A DNA stretch of 64,000 nucleotides, taken from positions 208,023-272,022 of the forward strand of contig OY762956.1 of the NCBI GenBank assembly GCA_963667055.2, given 5' to 3'. The translations under genes were made by a program, and so were the position numbers. Of the stretch, positions 17,552-25,078 are shown one piece after another. The notes under the pieces were generated by a model, which was given only the letters and a program-made list of their open reading frames with translations, was not told the DNA's origin and did not search any database. The stretch's first letter is position 1. Every line of letters starts with the position of its first letter. The DNA is from Dehalococcoidia bacterium. Lineage in GTDB: Bacteria; Chloroflexota; Dehalococcoidia; Lucifugimonadales; QGNO01.

Positions 17552-18313
17552 ATGACGGACAGTTACAGACTTGACGGAAAGGTGGCCGTAGTCACCGGGG
17601 CCGCTCAGGGCATCGGGCGGGGCATTGCGCATGTCCTTGCCGAAGCCGGCGCCGCAATAGTCATCGGCGACATCCAAGATTCGACGGCGACCGCTGGCGA
17701 GGTGCGCTCCAATGGCGGCAGAGCAAGCCACTTGGTAATGGACACCAGCAGACCGGAAGACGCCCGCCGTCTGGTAGAGCTTTCCCTGGAAGAGTACGGC
17801 CGCCTGGACATCCTGGTTAACAACGCGGGCATAGACGCGCCCAGAGGCAACGCATGGGACCTGCCGTTAGAGGAGTGGCAGCGGGTGATAGACGTGAACT
17901 TGAGCGGCGTGTTCTACTGCTCCCAGGCCGCCCTCAAACCCATGCTGGAAGCGGGAGAGGGGTACATCGTGAACATAAGCTCGCAGGCGGCAAGGGTCGC
18001 CAGCGCCGGAGGTTCTCCGGCCTACAATGCGGCCAAAGCGGGGCTGATTGGGCTTACGGCTGCCTTCTCGGCCCACGTAGCGGACAAGGGCGTGCGGGTA
18101 AACGCAATCATGCCAGGGGAAGTAGAATCGCGGGATTTTGGATGGTCGCGGGAAGAGCGCGAGGCAAGGATCAAAAGCTATCCTCTTGGACTCGGCGCCC
18201 CGCGCGACGTGGGTCAAGCCGTGCTGTACCTGGTCAGTCCGGCCTCAAGATGGGTGTCCGGGACTGCATTGCAACTCACGGGCGGCTACCAGCGGGGAGC
18301 GCCATGGCTCTGA
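17552..18313 (+). CDS. short-chain dehydrogenase/reductase (SDR)
   Basis: The ATG at 17552 is preceded by GGGAGGA. Rossmann motif 'VTGAAQGIGRGIA', 'NNAG', and the catalytic 'SPAYNAAK' (YxxxK). Confidence 0.9.
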   Translation: MTDSYRLDGKVAVVTGAAQGIGRGIAHVLAEAGAAIVIGDIQDSTATAGEVRSNGGRASHLVMDTSRPEDARRLVELSLEEYGRLDILVNNAGIDAPRGNAWDLPLEEWQRVIDVNLSGVFYCSQAALKPMLEAGEGYIVNISSQAARVASAGGSPAYNAAKAGLIGLTAAFSAHVADKGVRVNAIMPGEVESRDFGWSREEREARIKSYPLGLGAPRDVGQAVLYLVSPASRWVSGTALQLTGGYQRGAPWL

Positions 18314-18314
18314 G

Positions 18315-19052
18315 CTAGAGCCACGGCCAGGGGACGGCCCGTCTCAGGGTGGGAATAGGGAACACTCCCTGGTCTATCAACGCCGTTAACCTGTATCGAG
18401 TCGCGTCCACTTCTGCCCTGCTCAGCAGCTTGCCCAGGCTTTCGGCCAGGCCGTCCGGCGCATCGAAGCCGTCGCGGAGGGTCGCCAGTTCATCCTGCAA
18501 CCAGCGCGGCAAACGCTGCCCGGCAAAGTCCCATATCACCGTCCGCAGCTTGTACTCGGCGTTGAAGGTGATGCCGTGGTCAATCAGCCATATGCCGCCG
18601 TCGTTGCCCAGCAGGGTGTGGGTCGCCTTTCTGTCCGCATTGTTGGCAACCACGTCGAAGGCGCAGACGCGCAGCATATCCTCCACGAAACGTTCGCGCA
18701 GGGTGAAGTAATGCTCTCTTCTATCGCACTCCACGTAGAGCTGCGCCGAGCCTTCTCCAAACTCCCCGTCGCGGATCACCGTGGGCGGCACGTAGCCCCA
18801 ACCCAAGGCTTCGCTGAGCAGGTAGGAGGCGTACTCCCTGAGGTAGAGCGTGCCTCCGGGAAAGTCCCACAGAGGCATCTCGCCGCGGCGTGGCTTGTAA
18901 ATCACCTTGAGGTGCTCACCGCCCTGGGAGACGGTGGTTAGGAACGTGTAATTCGACCCGTCCGGAGTCAGCCTGCACTCGCCCATTTCGCCACTGGCTA
19001 GCAGGTCGAAGAGTTGAGGGCTGAATCGATCACTCCTGCTGTTGACCGTCAC
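18315..19052 (-). CDS. SCO1664-family protein (PI3/PI4-kinase-like, function unknown)
   Basis: 245-aa ORF with 'GSNYTFL...VIYKPRRGEMPLWDFPGGTLYLREYASYLLSEALGW...NNADRKATHTL', as I recall for the actinobacterial/chloroflexal SCO1664 family. It is adjacent to a DUF3090 gene, as is usual for that family. Confidence 0.6.
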   Translation of the reverse strand: MTVNSRSDRFSPQLFDLLASGEMGECRLTPDGSNYTFLTTVSQGGEHLKVIYKPRRGEMPLWDFPGGTLYLREYASYLLSEALGWGYVPPTVIRDGEFGEGSAQLYVECDRREHYFTLRERFVEDMLRVCAFDVVANNADRKATHTLLGNDGGIWLIDHGITFNAEYKLRTVIWDFAGQRLPRWLQDELATLRDGFDAPDGLAESLGKLLSRAEVDATRYRLTALIDQGVFPIPTLRRAVPWPWL

Positions 19053-19064
19053 AGGCGAACTCCG

Positions 19065-19589
19065 TTAGGTAGCCAGCGCTCCGTGCCCGTTGTGCCTGGG
19101 GCAGAGGTGCTTTTCCGCGTCCAGGGGAGCGCCGCACAACTGGCAGCGCGGTCTGCCGGCGGCGCACACCTCGAACGCTTGGTCCGCCAGCGAGTCTATT
19201 TCCCTGTACGTGGCCTCCAGGCTTATCAGGGGAACGGGGTCTTCCTGCTCAACATCGTGGGCTTCCAGGAAGAACATGGCGGACGTCTGGTCGTATCCAA
19301 TCGACATCTGCCCCGCCGTCAGCTCCAGGACGGGCGGGTCCGGCAAACCAAAGACGGCTTCATCGTACGAATCCTCCGAAGAACTGCGTTCCGCTTCATC
19401 TTGATATTCGAAAAGCAGCCGTTTCACCTGCACTCCAAGGTTGAAGAGCTGCTCCTTTTCCATCCATATCACTACGGCCTGGCCGTTTCTGGCTTCGGCC
19501 GCCACGTGGAAGCGCCTTGAACCGGGCTCACCGATGGACCTGGCCGTAAGCTTGGCTACGTGTCCTAGATCGTATTGCGCTTGGGGCAT
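19065..19589 (-). CDS. DUF3090-family protein with C-terminal Cys/His zinc-ribbon-like motif
   Basis: 'FTARSIGEPGSRRFHV'-type N-terminus and C-terminal 'CQLCGAPLDAEKHLCPRHNGH'. The start is uncertain: ATG at 19589, or TTG at 19637. Confidence 0.6.
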   Translation of the reverse strand: MPQAQYDLGHVAKLTARSIGEPGSRRFHVAAEARNGQAVVIWMEKEQLFNLGVQVKRLLFEYQDEAERSSSEDSYDEAVFGLPDPPVLELTAGQMSIGYDQTSAMFFLEAHDVEQEDPVPLISLEATYREIDSLADQAFEVCAAGRPRCQLCGAPLDAEKHLCPRHNGHGALAT

Positions 19590-19671
19590 GTTCTCCGTGC
19601 TCAGGGACGTTTTGGCTATTCTAGCAACTCTATACAAGCGGGCAAGGCGGGTTGCCCGTATGTCCGCATGG

Positions 19672-19704
19672 CGCCCGCCCCCTTCGACCCGCTCAGAACG
19701 AACG
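19672..19704. repeat. dispersed short repeat (family D: 'ccttcgac..gctca..ga(a/g)cgg')
   Basis: 'gcccgcccccttcgacccgctcagaacgaacgg'. Related copies occur at 20511-20545 and 53441-53472. Confidence 0.45.
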
Positions 19705-19769
19705 GATTTGGTTATGTTTCCCTTCCATTGTACCCAATTAAGCGCGATACATCATGCCCACTTCACGGG

Positions 19770-20163
19770 TTACACCGGCACTATGCTCAGGTTTGCCATC
19801 CGCTCAAAGTGCCTGCGGTTATTTGTTAGAAGGGTGACGTTGTGTCTTATAGCCGTGGCGCCAATAAGCAAATCAAGGTCGCTGATGAGAGCGCCGGCTC
19901 CCCTCAACCTGCGGCGTTCTTCAGCAAACACACGGCACGTTGGATTCATCCAATGGCAACACCTCTACCGATGCCAGAAATCTTCTCAGCGCCCGCTCAT
20001 CACTCTGGGGATTAGGAGAACCAAGCACGCCGTCATAGAGTTCTGCCAGGGATATGACGCTCAGGCCAACGCCCTCAGGAAGCAGCCTGTCAAGTCGACT
20101 GACCAGCAGCGAAACGCCGTGCATATAATCAATGACCCAGTCAGTGTCCACCAGATAGAGCAT
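19770..20163 (-). pseudogene. vapC: PIN-domain toxin (vapC-like) disrupted by a 1-nt frameshift
   Basis: The N-terminal 80 aa ('MLYLVDTDWVIDYM...') end at a TGA at 19921. The adjacent frame continues with the PIN C-terminal half ('FAEERRRLRGAGALISDLDLLIGATAIRHNVTLLTNNRRHFERM...') to a TAA at 19770-19772. The frame switches around 19931-19940. Confidence 0.65.
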
Positions 20164-20170
20164 AAGTCAA

Positions 20171-20449
20171 TTACGCATCCACAGGCTCTCGAGATCCGGC
20201 TATCCTGGCTTCGTAGATCATCCGCTTCAACTCATCCGGGTCTAGGCTGCCCTTCCAGCCTCCCGCAGCCGACTGCGTTGTCTTGATACGCTCCTCAAAC
20301 GACTGCCGGTGGTCATCAATGGACTCTTTCCCAATGACCCCCGCGGGCGCGTCATCCACGGACACCATCACCTCCGCGCCCTCCGCCAGGTCAAGGGGCT
20401 CCAGGGGCGTGAGGACGCCGTTCTCATACTTTGCTCGCACTGCGCTCAT
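20171..20449 (-). CDS. DUF104 (AF2212-like) antitoxin-family protein
   Basis: The ATG at 20449 is preceded by GAGGAG. The N-terminus 'MSAVRAKYENGVLTPLEPLDLAEGAEVMVSV' is typical of DUF104 antitoxins, and the gene lies directly upstream of the PIN pseudogene. Confidence 0.7.
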   Translation of the reverse strand: MSAVRAKYENGVLTPLEPLDLAEGAEVMVSVDDAPAGVIGKESIDDHRQSFEERIKTTQSAAGGWKGSLDPDELKRMIYEARIAGSREPVDA

Positions 20450-20510
20450 CTTATCTCCTCGCACGCACGGGGTTTGCTTTCAGGCCATTGTAGCACACCG
20501 CCCCGCGCCC

Positions 20511-20545
20511 AGCCCTTAGCCCTTCGACAAGCTCACCACGAGCGG
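20511..20545. repeat. dispersed short repeat (family D)
   Basis: 'gcccttagcccttcgacaagctcaccacgagcgg', related to the copies at 19672 and 53441. Confidence 0.45.
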
Positions 20546-20589
20546 GGATACCGGTCGGCGGGCGGGCTATGAGCGGAACGGTAGCCATG

Positions 20590-20650
20590 AACCCACCGCG
20601 CCTGGTTCCCCGCCTGCGCGGGCAAGACGGTGGGGGCGCGGTTCGCGTGC
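20590..20650. repeat. REP-like hairpin element (family A, symmetric tails)
   Basis: 'cccaccgcgcctggttccccgcctgcgcgggcaagacggtgggggcgcggttcgcg'. A hairpin cccgcctgcgcggg is flanked by mutually complementary GC-rich tails. Confidence 0.5.
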
Positions 20651-20682
20651 ACTGTGATACAATGCCTTGCGGAGGGGACGAG

Positions 20683-20901
20683 ATGACCGCAGTGAGAGCA
20701 AGATATGAGAACGGCGTCCTCACGCCCCTGGAGCCCCTTGACCTGGCGGAGGGCGCGGAGGTGATGGTGTCCGTGGATGGCTCCCGCGCAGAGACGGCGG
20801 AGCGTCCGAACTTTGTGGAGCACCTGCTTGCCATACCCAAGGGAGGACCGGACGACCTGTTCGAACGTCTCCCGATGAAGCTCCGCGATACAGCGTGGTG
20901 A
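20683..20901 (+). CDS. DUF104 (AF2212-like) antitoxin-family protein
   Basis: The ATG at 20683 is preceded by GGAGGGGA and an extended -10 'TGtgATACAAT' (about 20653-20662). N-terminus 'MTAVRARYENGVLTPLEPLDLAEGAEVMVSV'. Its stop overlaps the start of the downstream PIN gene. Confidence 0.75.
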   Translation: MTAVRARYENGVLTPLEPLDLAEGAEVMVSVDGSRAETAERPNFVEHLLAIPKGGPDDLFERLPMKLRDTAW

Positions 20902-21323
20902 TGTATCTGCTGGACACCAACGTGGTCTCCGCGTTGCGCCGGCCGGACCGCTACCCGGCCGCAATCTCATGGCTGGAGGCCCAACATCCGTCCAGTGTAT
21001 ACCTGAGCGTGTTGACGCTTGGGGAATTGGAGCGAGGCATTGCGCAGCAGATGACCCGGGATCCGAGCTTTGCCCGTGATCTTGCCCAGTGGAGCCAGGG
21101 CATCCAGGTATGGTTTGCGGACCGCATCCTGCCTGTGGATGCATCCACGGCTCTCCGATGGGGCCGTCTCTCCGCCTCCATCAGCAGCCAGGACGCAGAC
21201 CTGCTCATCGCCGCCACCGCCATGGAGCGCGGCCTGACCATCGTCACGCGCAATGTGCGCCACTTTGAGCCGACGGGCGTTCCCGTCCTCAACCCCTTCG
21301 CCCCCACAAACACGGCCCCATGA
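20901..21323 (+). CDS. vapC: PIN-domain toxin VapC (FitB-like)
   Basis: 'MYLLDTNVVSALRRPD...DLLIAATAMERGLTIVTRNVRHFEPTGVPVLNPF' shows the classic PIN acidic residues. Its start overlaps the antitoxin stop (tgATG); alternative GTG start at 20895. Confidence 0.85.
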   Translation: MYLLDTNVVSALRRPDRYPAAISWLEAQHPSSVYLSVLTLGELERGIAQQMTRDPSFARDLAQWSQGIQVWFADRILPVDASTALRWGRLSASISSQDADLLIAATAMERGLTIVTRNVRHFEPTGVPVLNPFAPTNTAP

Positions 21324-21371
21324 CAGATGAAAGCGGCCCGTAGACAAGCGGGCAAGGGGGTGTCTATTCGT

Positions 21372-21476
21372 CGTTCCCGACCCCGATCGGGAATCCAGGG
21401 CGGGGCGCGGTGGGTTCCCGTCCCCGTATCAAGTACGAGGCAGGCTTCACGGGAACGACGGTTTGGGGCTTTGTGG
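21372..21476. repeat. two tandem REP-like hairpin units (family A followed by family B)
   Basis: 'cgttcccgaccccgatcgggaatccagggcggggcgcggtggg' is followed by 'gttcccgtccccgtatcaagtacgaggcaggcttcacgggaacgacggtttgggg'. Family B recurs at 28722, 50899 and 51465. Confidence 0.6.
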
Positions 21477-21589
21477 TTGACCATGCCAGACCAGATGATA
21501 GAATCGCAGGGTCAGGCCGGATACCCCCTGCCCTCCTGAGTCCGGCGGAGACAATAATTGCCTAACACAAGGCGCGAAGGAGCGGAGCA

Positions 21590-22927
21590 ATGACAACGCA
21601 GACTTTTGAAGAAGCAGTCGCAGAGTTTCTTTCCAGGTCACGAGAGCAGATTGATCAAGAGTCCGATGAGAACCTGCCCCCATGGATGCCCGCGCCGTAC
21701 GACCAGGACGGGCCTCCCTACGAATACTCGCAAAGGTTCACCTCCGACTTCATCACCAGGTACGCCCTGTCCATTGGGGACAACAACCCCATCTTCACCG
21801 ACCCGGAGTACGGCAAGACCACCCGCTACGGCTGCCAGATAGCGCCGGGGCCGGCGATGGCCCTGGTGCGCTACCCCTCGGCGCACGGCGCGGTGCGTCC
21901 CGGCGGCTACCCGCTTGCCAACTTCATTTCCGGCGCGGCGTGGGAGTTCTTCGACGCCGTCCGGGAAGGGACGAAGTTCCGCTCGTCCAAAGTGACTAGG
22001 GAGATATTCGAAAAGCCTGGCTCCCGAGGCAACCTGGTCTTCTTCATCTCGGACAACCACTACTGGGACTTCCACGGCGACCTGCTGGGCAAGTGCTACG
22101 GCACGCAGATATACGTGCCCATGTCCAGCATGGGGAGCAGCCGCTCCATGCCGGTGGAACGGCTCGGCGAGCAGATGTTGTACGAACGGAAGACGTCTCA
22201 GTACAGCGACGAGCAGATAGCGGATGTGCTCACCGAGATCAAGAACGAGCCGCGGCGGGGCGCGGAGACGCGCTACTGGGAGGACGTGGAAGAGGGCGAT
22301 ACCGTCGGCCCGGTGACTCTGTCGCCGTGGACGCTGCTGGACCAGGTCTGCTATCACTCGCTGAGCTATGCAACGGTATCGGGGCCGCTTGCCGGGGGCG
22401 ACGAGCTTTCCTTCGAACCCATGTACAAGCGGGCGCGGAAAAACGAGGTCGGACACGTGCATCCCATCACGCGCTGGCGCGGCCCGGGCAACGAGCACGA
22501 GGACGCCCTCACCGCCGTCTATCGCGGACAGCCGGGGCCGTTCGACTTCGGCGTGCAGCGCACGCAGATGTGCGAGCAGCTTTTCAGCAACTGGATGGGC
22601 GACGACGGCTTCATCCGCCGGCTGGTCATCGCTCTGCGCAAGCCGGTCTACTACGGCGACGTGACCACCTACACCGGCGAGGTCGTGAAGAAGTTCAAAG
22701 ACGTCCAGGAAGGCGAATCCGGACAGGGCGCGGTCCCGGGAAAGACCGAGTACCACGCCGTGGGCATCAAGTACCAGGGCCTCAACCAGGTCGGCGAGGC
22801 CCAGGTCATCGGCACGGGTACGGTCTACCTGCCGTCCAGAGAAGCGGGGCCTGTGCAGCTACCCATTCCGCATCCGCAGCGGCCCGCTTTCGTCCCGTAC
22901 GAGACGTTCTACAGGGACTGGTACTAG
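21590..22927 (+). CDS. double-hotdog MaoC/FAS1-like hydratase family protein, paralog 3 (~445 aa)
   Basis: 'MTTQTFEEAVAEF...GDNNPIFTDPEYGKTTRYGCQIAPGP...YETFYRDWY', collinear with 13101..14456 and 14478..15830. Confidence 0.7.
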   Translation: MTTQTFEEAVAEFLSRSREQIDQESDENLPPWMPAPYDQDGPPYEYSQRFTSDFITRYALSIGDNNPIFTDPEYGKTTRYGCQIAPGPAMALVRYPSAHGAVRPGGYPLANFISGAAWEFFDAVREGTKFRSSKVTREIFEKPGSRGNLVFFISDNHYWDFHGDLLGKCYGTQIYVPMSSMGSSRSMPVERLGEQMLYERKTSQYSDEQIADVLTEIKNEPRRGAETRYWEDVEEGDTVGPVTLSPWTLLDQVCYHSLSYATVSGPLAGGDELSFEPMYKRARKNEVGHVHPITRWRGPGNEHEDALTAVYRGQPGPFDFGVQRTQMCEQLFSNWMGDDGFIRRLVIALRKPVYYGDVTTYTGEVVKKFKDVQEGESGQGAVPGKTEYHAVGIKYQGLNQVGEAQVIGTGTVYLPSREAGPVQLPIPHPQRPAFVPYETFYRDWY

Positions 22928-22974
22928 GGCTGTCTTGGAGTCAAACGCCACTCCCCAGAAGTCGGGAGTCCACA

Positions 22975-23030
22975 CCTCCACCCCTGGATGCCCGTCGTCA
23001 CGGGCAAGACGGTGAGGGTGAACCGCGGTC
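22975..23030. repeat. REP-like hairpin element (family A, reverse orientation)
   Basis: 'ccacccctggatgcccgtcgtcacgggcaagacggtgagggtgaaccgcgg'. Its reverse complement reads 'cttgcccgtgacgacgggcatccaggggtgg', matching 50736-50775. Confidence 0.5.
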
Positions 23031-23031
23031 C

Positions 23032-23787
23032 ATGCCCAAGCGCGCCATCAGGCTGACCACGGAGGCTTTTCTCCAGCGGCCTGCACTGGACACCGCCGTA
23101 TCGCGGGCTTTGTTGCTGAACGTTGCTGAGGGAAGAGAGCCTGAGACGCTGCGGCTGCACCGCACTTCGGCAATCGTCGCATTCGGCAGGCAGGACGGCA
23201 GATCGCCCGGCTACGCCGACGCCGTTCAATCGGCCAGAGAGAGCGGATTCGAGGCGGTGCAGCGACTGGTCGGCGGCAAGGCCGCCGTCTTCCACGAAGA
23301 CACCCTCGCCTTTGCCTGGGCGATACCCGACCCGCAGCCCAGAGAAGGGGTAAAAGCCCGCTTCGAAGAGCTGGCCGGGATCATGGAGGACTCGTTCCGA
23401 AGGCTGGGATTGGACGCGCGAGTGGGCGAGATACCCGGCGAATACTGCCCCGGCGCTTACAGCGTCAACGCTCGCGGGGTGAAGAAGCTCATGGGAGTCG
23501 GGCAGCGCCTGGTCACCAGCGCGGCCCACGTCGGAGGAGTTGTCGTGGTGAACGGAGCAAGCCGGGTGCGCGACGTGCTGCTGCCGGTGTACCGACATCT
23601 GGGAGTCGATTGGAACCCGAAGACGGCGGGCAGCATTGCGGACGAGGTCGGCGGCGTGACCTACCACGACGTGCAGCAGGCCATAATCGACGCCTTCTCC
23701 GCCAGTTACGACTTGGAGGAAGCGCCGCTTTCGGCGGAGACGGTGGAGCTTGCGGGCAGGTTGGAGGCGGATCATGTTGTTCCATAG
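23032..23787 (+). CDS. biotin/lipoate A/B protein-ligase-family protein (lipoate-protein ligase-like)
   Basis: 251 aa from the ATG at 23032. 'TLRLHRTSAIVAFGRQD', 'GEYCPGAYSVNARGVKKLMGVGQR' (lysine-containing ligase motif) and 'TSAAHVGGVVVV'. Confidence 0.65.
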   Translation: MPKRAIRLTTEAFLQRPALDTAVSRALLLNVAEGREPETLRLHRTSAIVAFGRQDGRSPGYADAVQSARESGFEAVQRLVGGKAAVFHEDTLAFAWAIPDPQPREGVKARFEELAGIMEDSFRRLGLDARVGEIPGEYCPGAYSVNARGVKKLMGVGQRLVTSAAHVGGVVVVNGASRVRDVLLPVYRHLGVDWNPKTAGSIADEVGGVTYHDVQQAIIDAFSASYDLEEAPLSAETVELAGRLEADHVVP

Positions 23788-23865
23788 GGGCAAAGCCCGC
23801 ACATTTGTGGCTAGTGTTATAATGGGCGGGCTGCGTGAAACTACCGACTATCGAAAGGGACATGA

Positions 23866-25044
23866 ATGCCACAGTATCTTGAAGAGTTCCACCCCCCGGC
23901 CAGGCTTCTACTTGGGCCAGGCCCCAGCAACGTAAACCGTCGCGTGCTTCAGGCCATGGCCGCGCCCCTGCTCGGTCACCTTGACCCCGACTTCCTGAAG
24001 GTCATGGACGACGTGCGGGACATGCTCCGCCTGGTCTTCCAAACCGACAACGGCATCACCCTGCCCGTTTCCGGCACAGGCTCGGCGGGCATGGAGGCCG
24101 CCGTGGTCAACGTAGTCGAGCCGGGCGACACCGTCGTCGTGGGGATCAACGGATACTTCGGCGAGCGGATCGCCCAGATAGCGGAGCGCGCCGGGGCCAC
24201 CGTGGCCCGCGTCGAGGCCGAATGGGGCCACCCGCTGGACCCCGACGCAATCAGCGCGGAGTTGAAGAACCACGCCTCGGTGAAGGCGGTGGCCATGGTT
24301 CACGCTGAAACCTCCACGGGGGTACTAAGCCCCGCCGGAGAGATATCCAGGATCGCGCATGAGCACGACGCCCTGGTTATCATCGACACGGTGACGTCGC
24401 TGGGCGGCTTGGAAGTGGCCCTCGACAGGTGGGACGGAGACGTGTCGTACAGCGGCACGCAGAAGTGCCTGGGCTGTCCGCCGGGACTGGCTCCTCTCAC
24501 GCTGGGAAAGCGCGCCGAAGAGGTTCTGTCCAACCGCAAGACGCCGGTGCAAAGCTGGTACCTGGACATGTCCCTGCTCAAGTCCTACTGGTCCGACCGC
24601 GCCTATCACCACACAGCCCCCATCTCCATGGTCTACGGGCTGCGGGAAGGTCTGCGCGTGGTGCTGGAGGAGGGATTGGAAGCCCGCTTTGCCCGCCACG
24701 AGCAGAACGCCGCCGCCCTGCGCGCCGGCCTGGAAGCGCTGGGTATGAAGCTGTTCGCTGAGGAGGACAGCCGGCTGCCCACGCTGACCACGGTATGGGT
24801 GCCGGAGGGGATCGACGAGGCGAAAGTGCGCCGGTCGCTGCTGGTGGACTACAACATCGAGATAGGCGGCGGGCTTGGGCCGGTTGCGGGCAGAATCTGG
24901 CGCATCGGGCTGATGGGCGAGAACTCGAAGCCGTCGAGCGTGCTGTCGGCGCTGTCCGCGCTGGAGCAGCTGCTGGACAAGGAAGGCTACGAGGTGGCGC
25001 GAGGCGAAGGCGTTGCCGCCGCCGAGCGGGCGCTGTCGGGTTAG
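23866..25044 (+). CDS. class-V aminotransferase (alanine-glyoxylate / serine-pyruvate type)
   Basis: 392-aa ORF with 'LLGPGPSNV', 'HAETSTGV', 'DTVTSLGG' and the PLP lysine in 'SGTQKCLG'. Extended -10 'TGtTATAAT' at 23815-23823. Confidence 0.85.
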   Translation: MPQYLEEFHPPARLLLGPGPSNVNRRVLQAMAAPLLGHLDPDFLKVMDDVRDMLRLVFQTDNGITLPVSGTGSAGMEAAVVNVVEPGDTVVVGINGYFGERIAQIAERAGATVARVEAEWGHPLDPDAISAELKNHASVKAVAMVHAETSTGVLSPAGEISRIAHEHDALVIIDTVTSLGGLEVALDRWDGDVSYSGTQKCLGCPPGLAPLTLGKRAEEVLSNRKTPVQSWYLDMSLLKSYWSDRAYHHTAPISMVYGLREGLRVVLEEGLEARFARHEQNAAALRAGLEALGMKLFAEEDSRLPTLTTVWVPEGIDEAKVRRSLLVDYNIEIGGGLGPVAGRIWRIGLMGENSKPSSVLSALSALEQLLDKEGYEVARGEGVAAAERALSG

Positions 25045-25078
25045 GGATGCGGGCCGCGCAGTAGCAGCCGAGGCATTG

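Larger units (their letters stand above)
20353..20779. repeat. 97-bp inverted repeat (76 bp perfect) formed by the 5' ends of two divergent antitoxin genes
   Basis: The reverse complement of 20353-20449 aligns with 20683-20779 with 4 mismatches, all in the first 21 nt. Positions 20353-20428 and 20704-20779 are perfectly complementary. The spacer is 233 bp. Confidence 0.9.

Noticed and set aside
22093-23031. 5' part of the 564-aa ORF 22093..23787, overlapping hydratase paralog 3 in another frame
   Set aside because: Only the portion from the ATG at 23032 resembles a lipoate/biotin ligase-family protein. The upstream part is Arg/Ala-rich and overlaps a strongly supported gene and a REP element.
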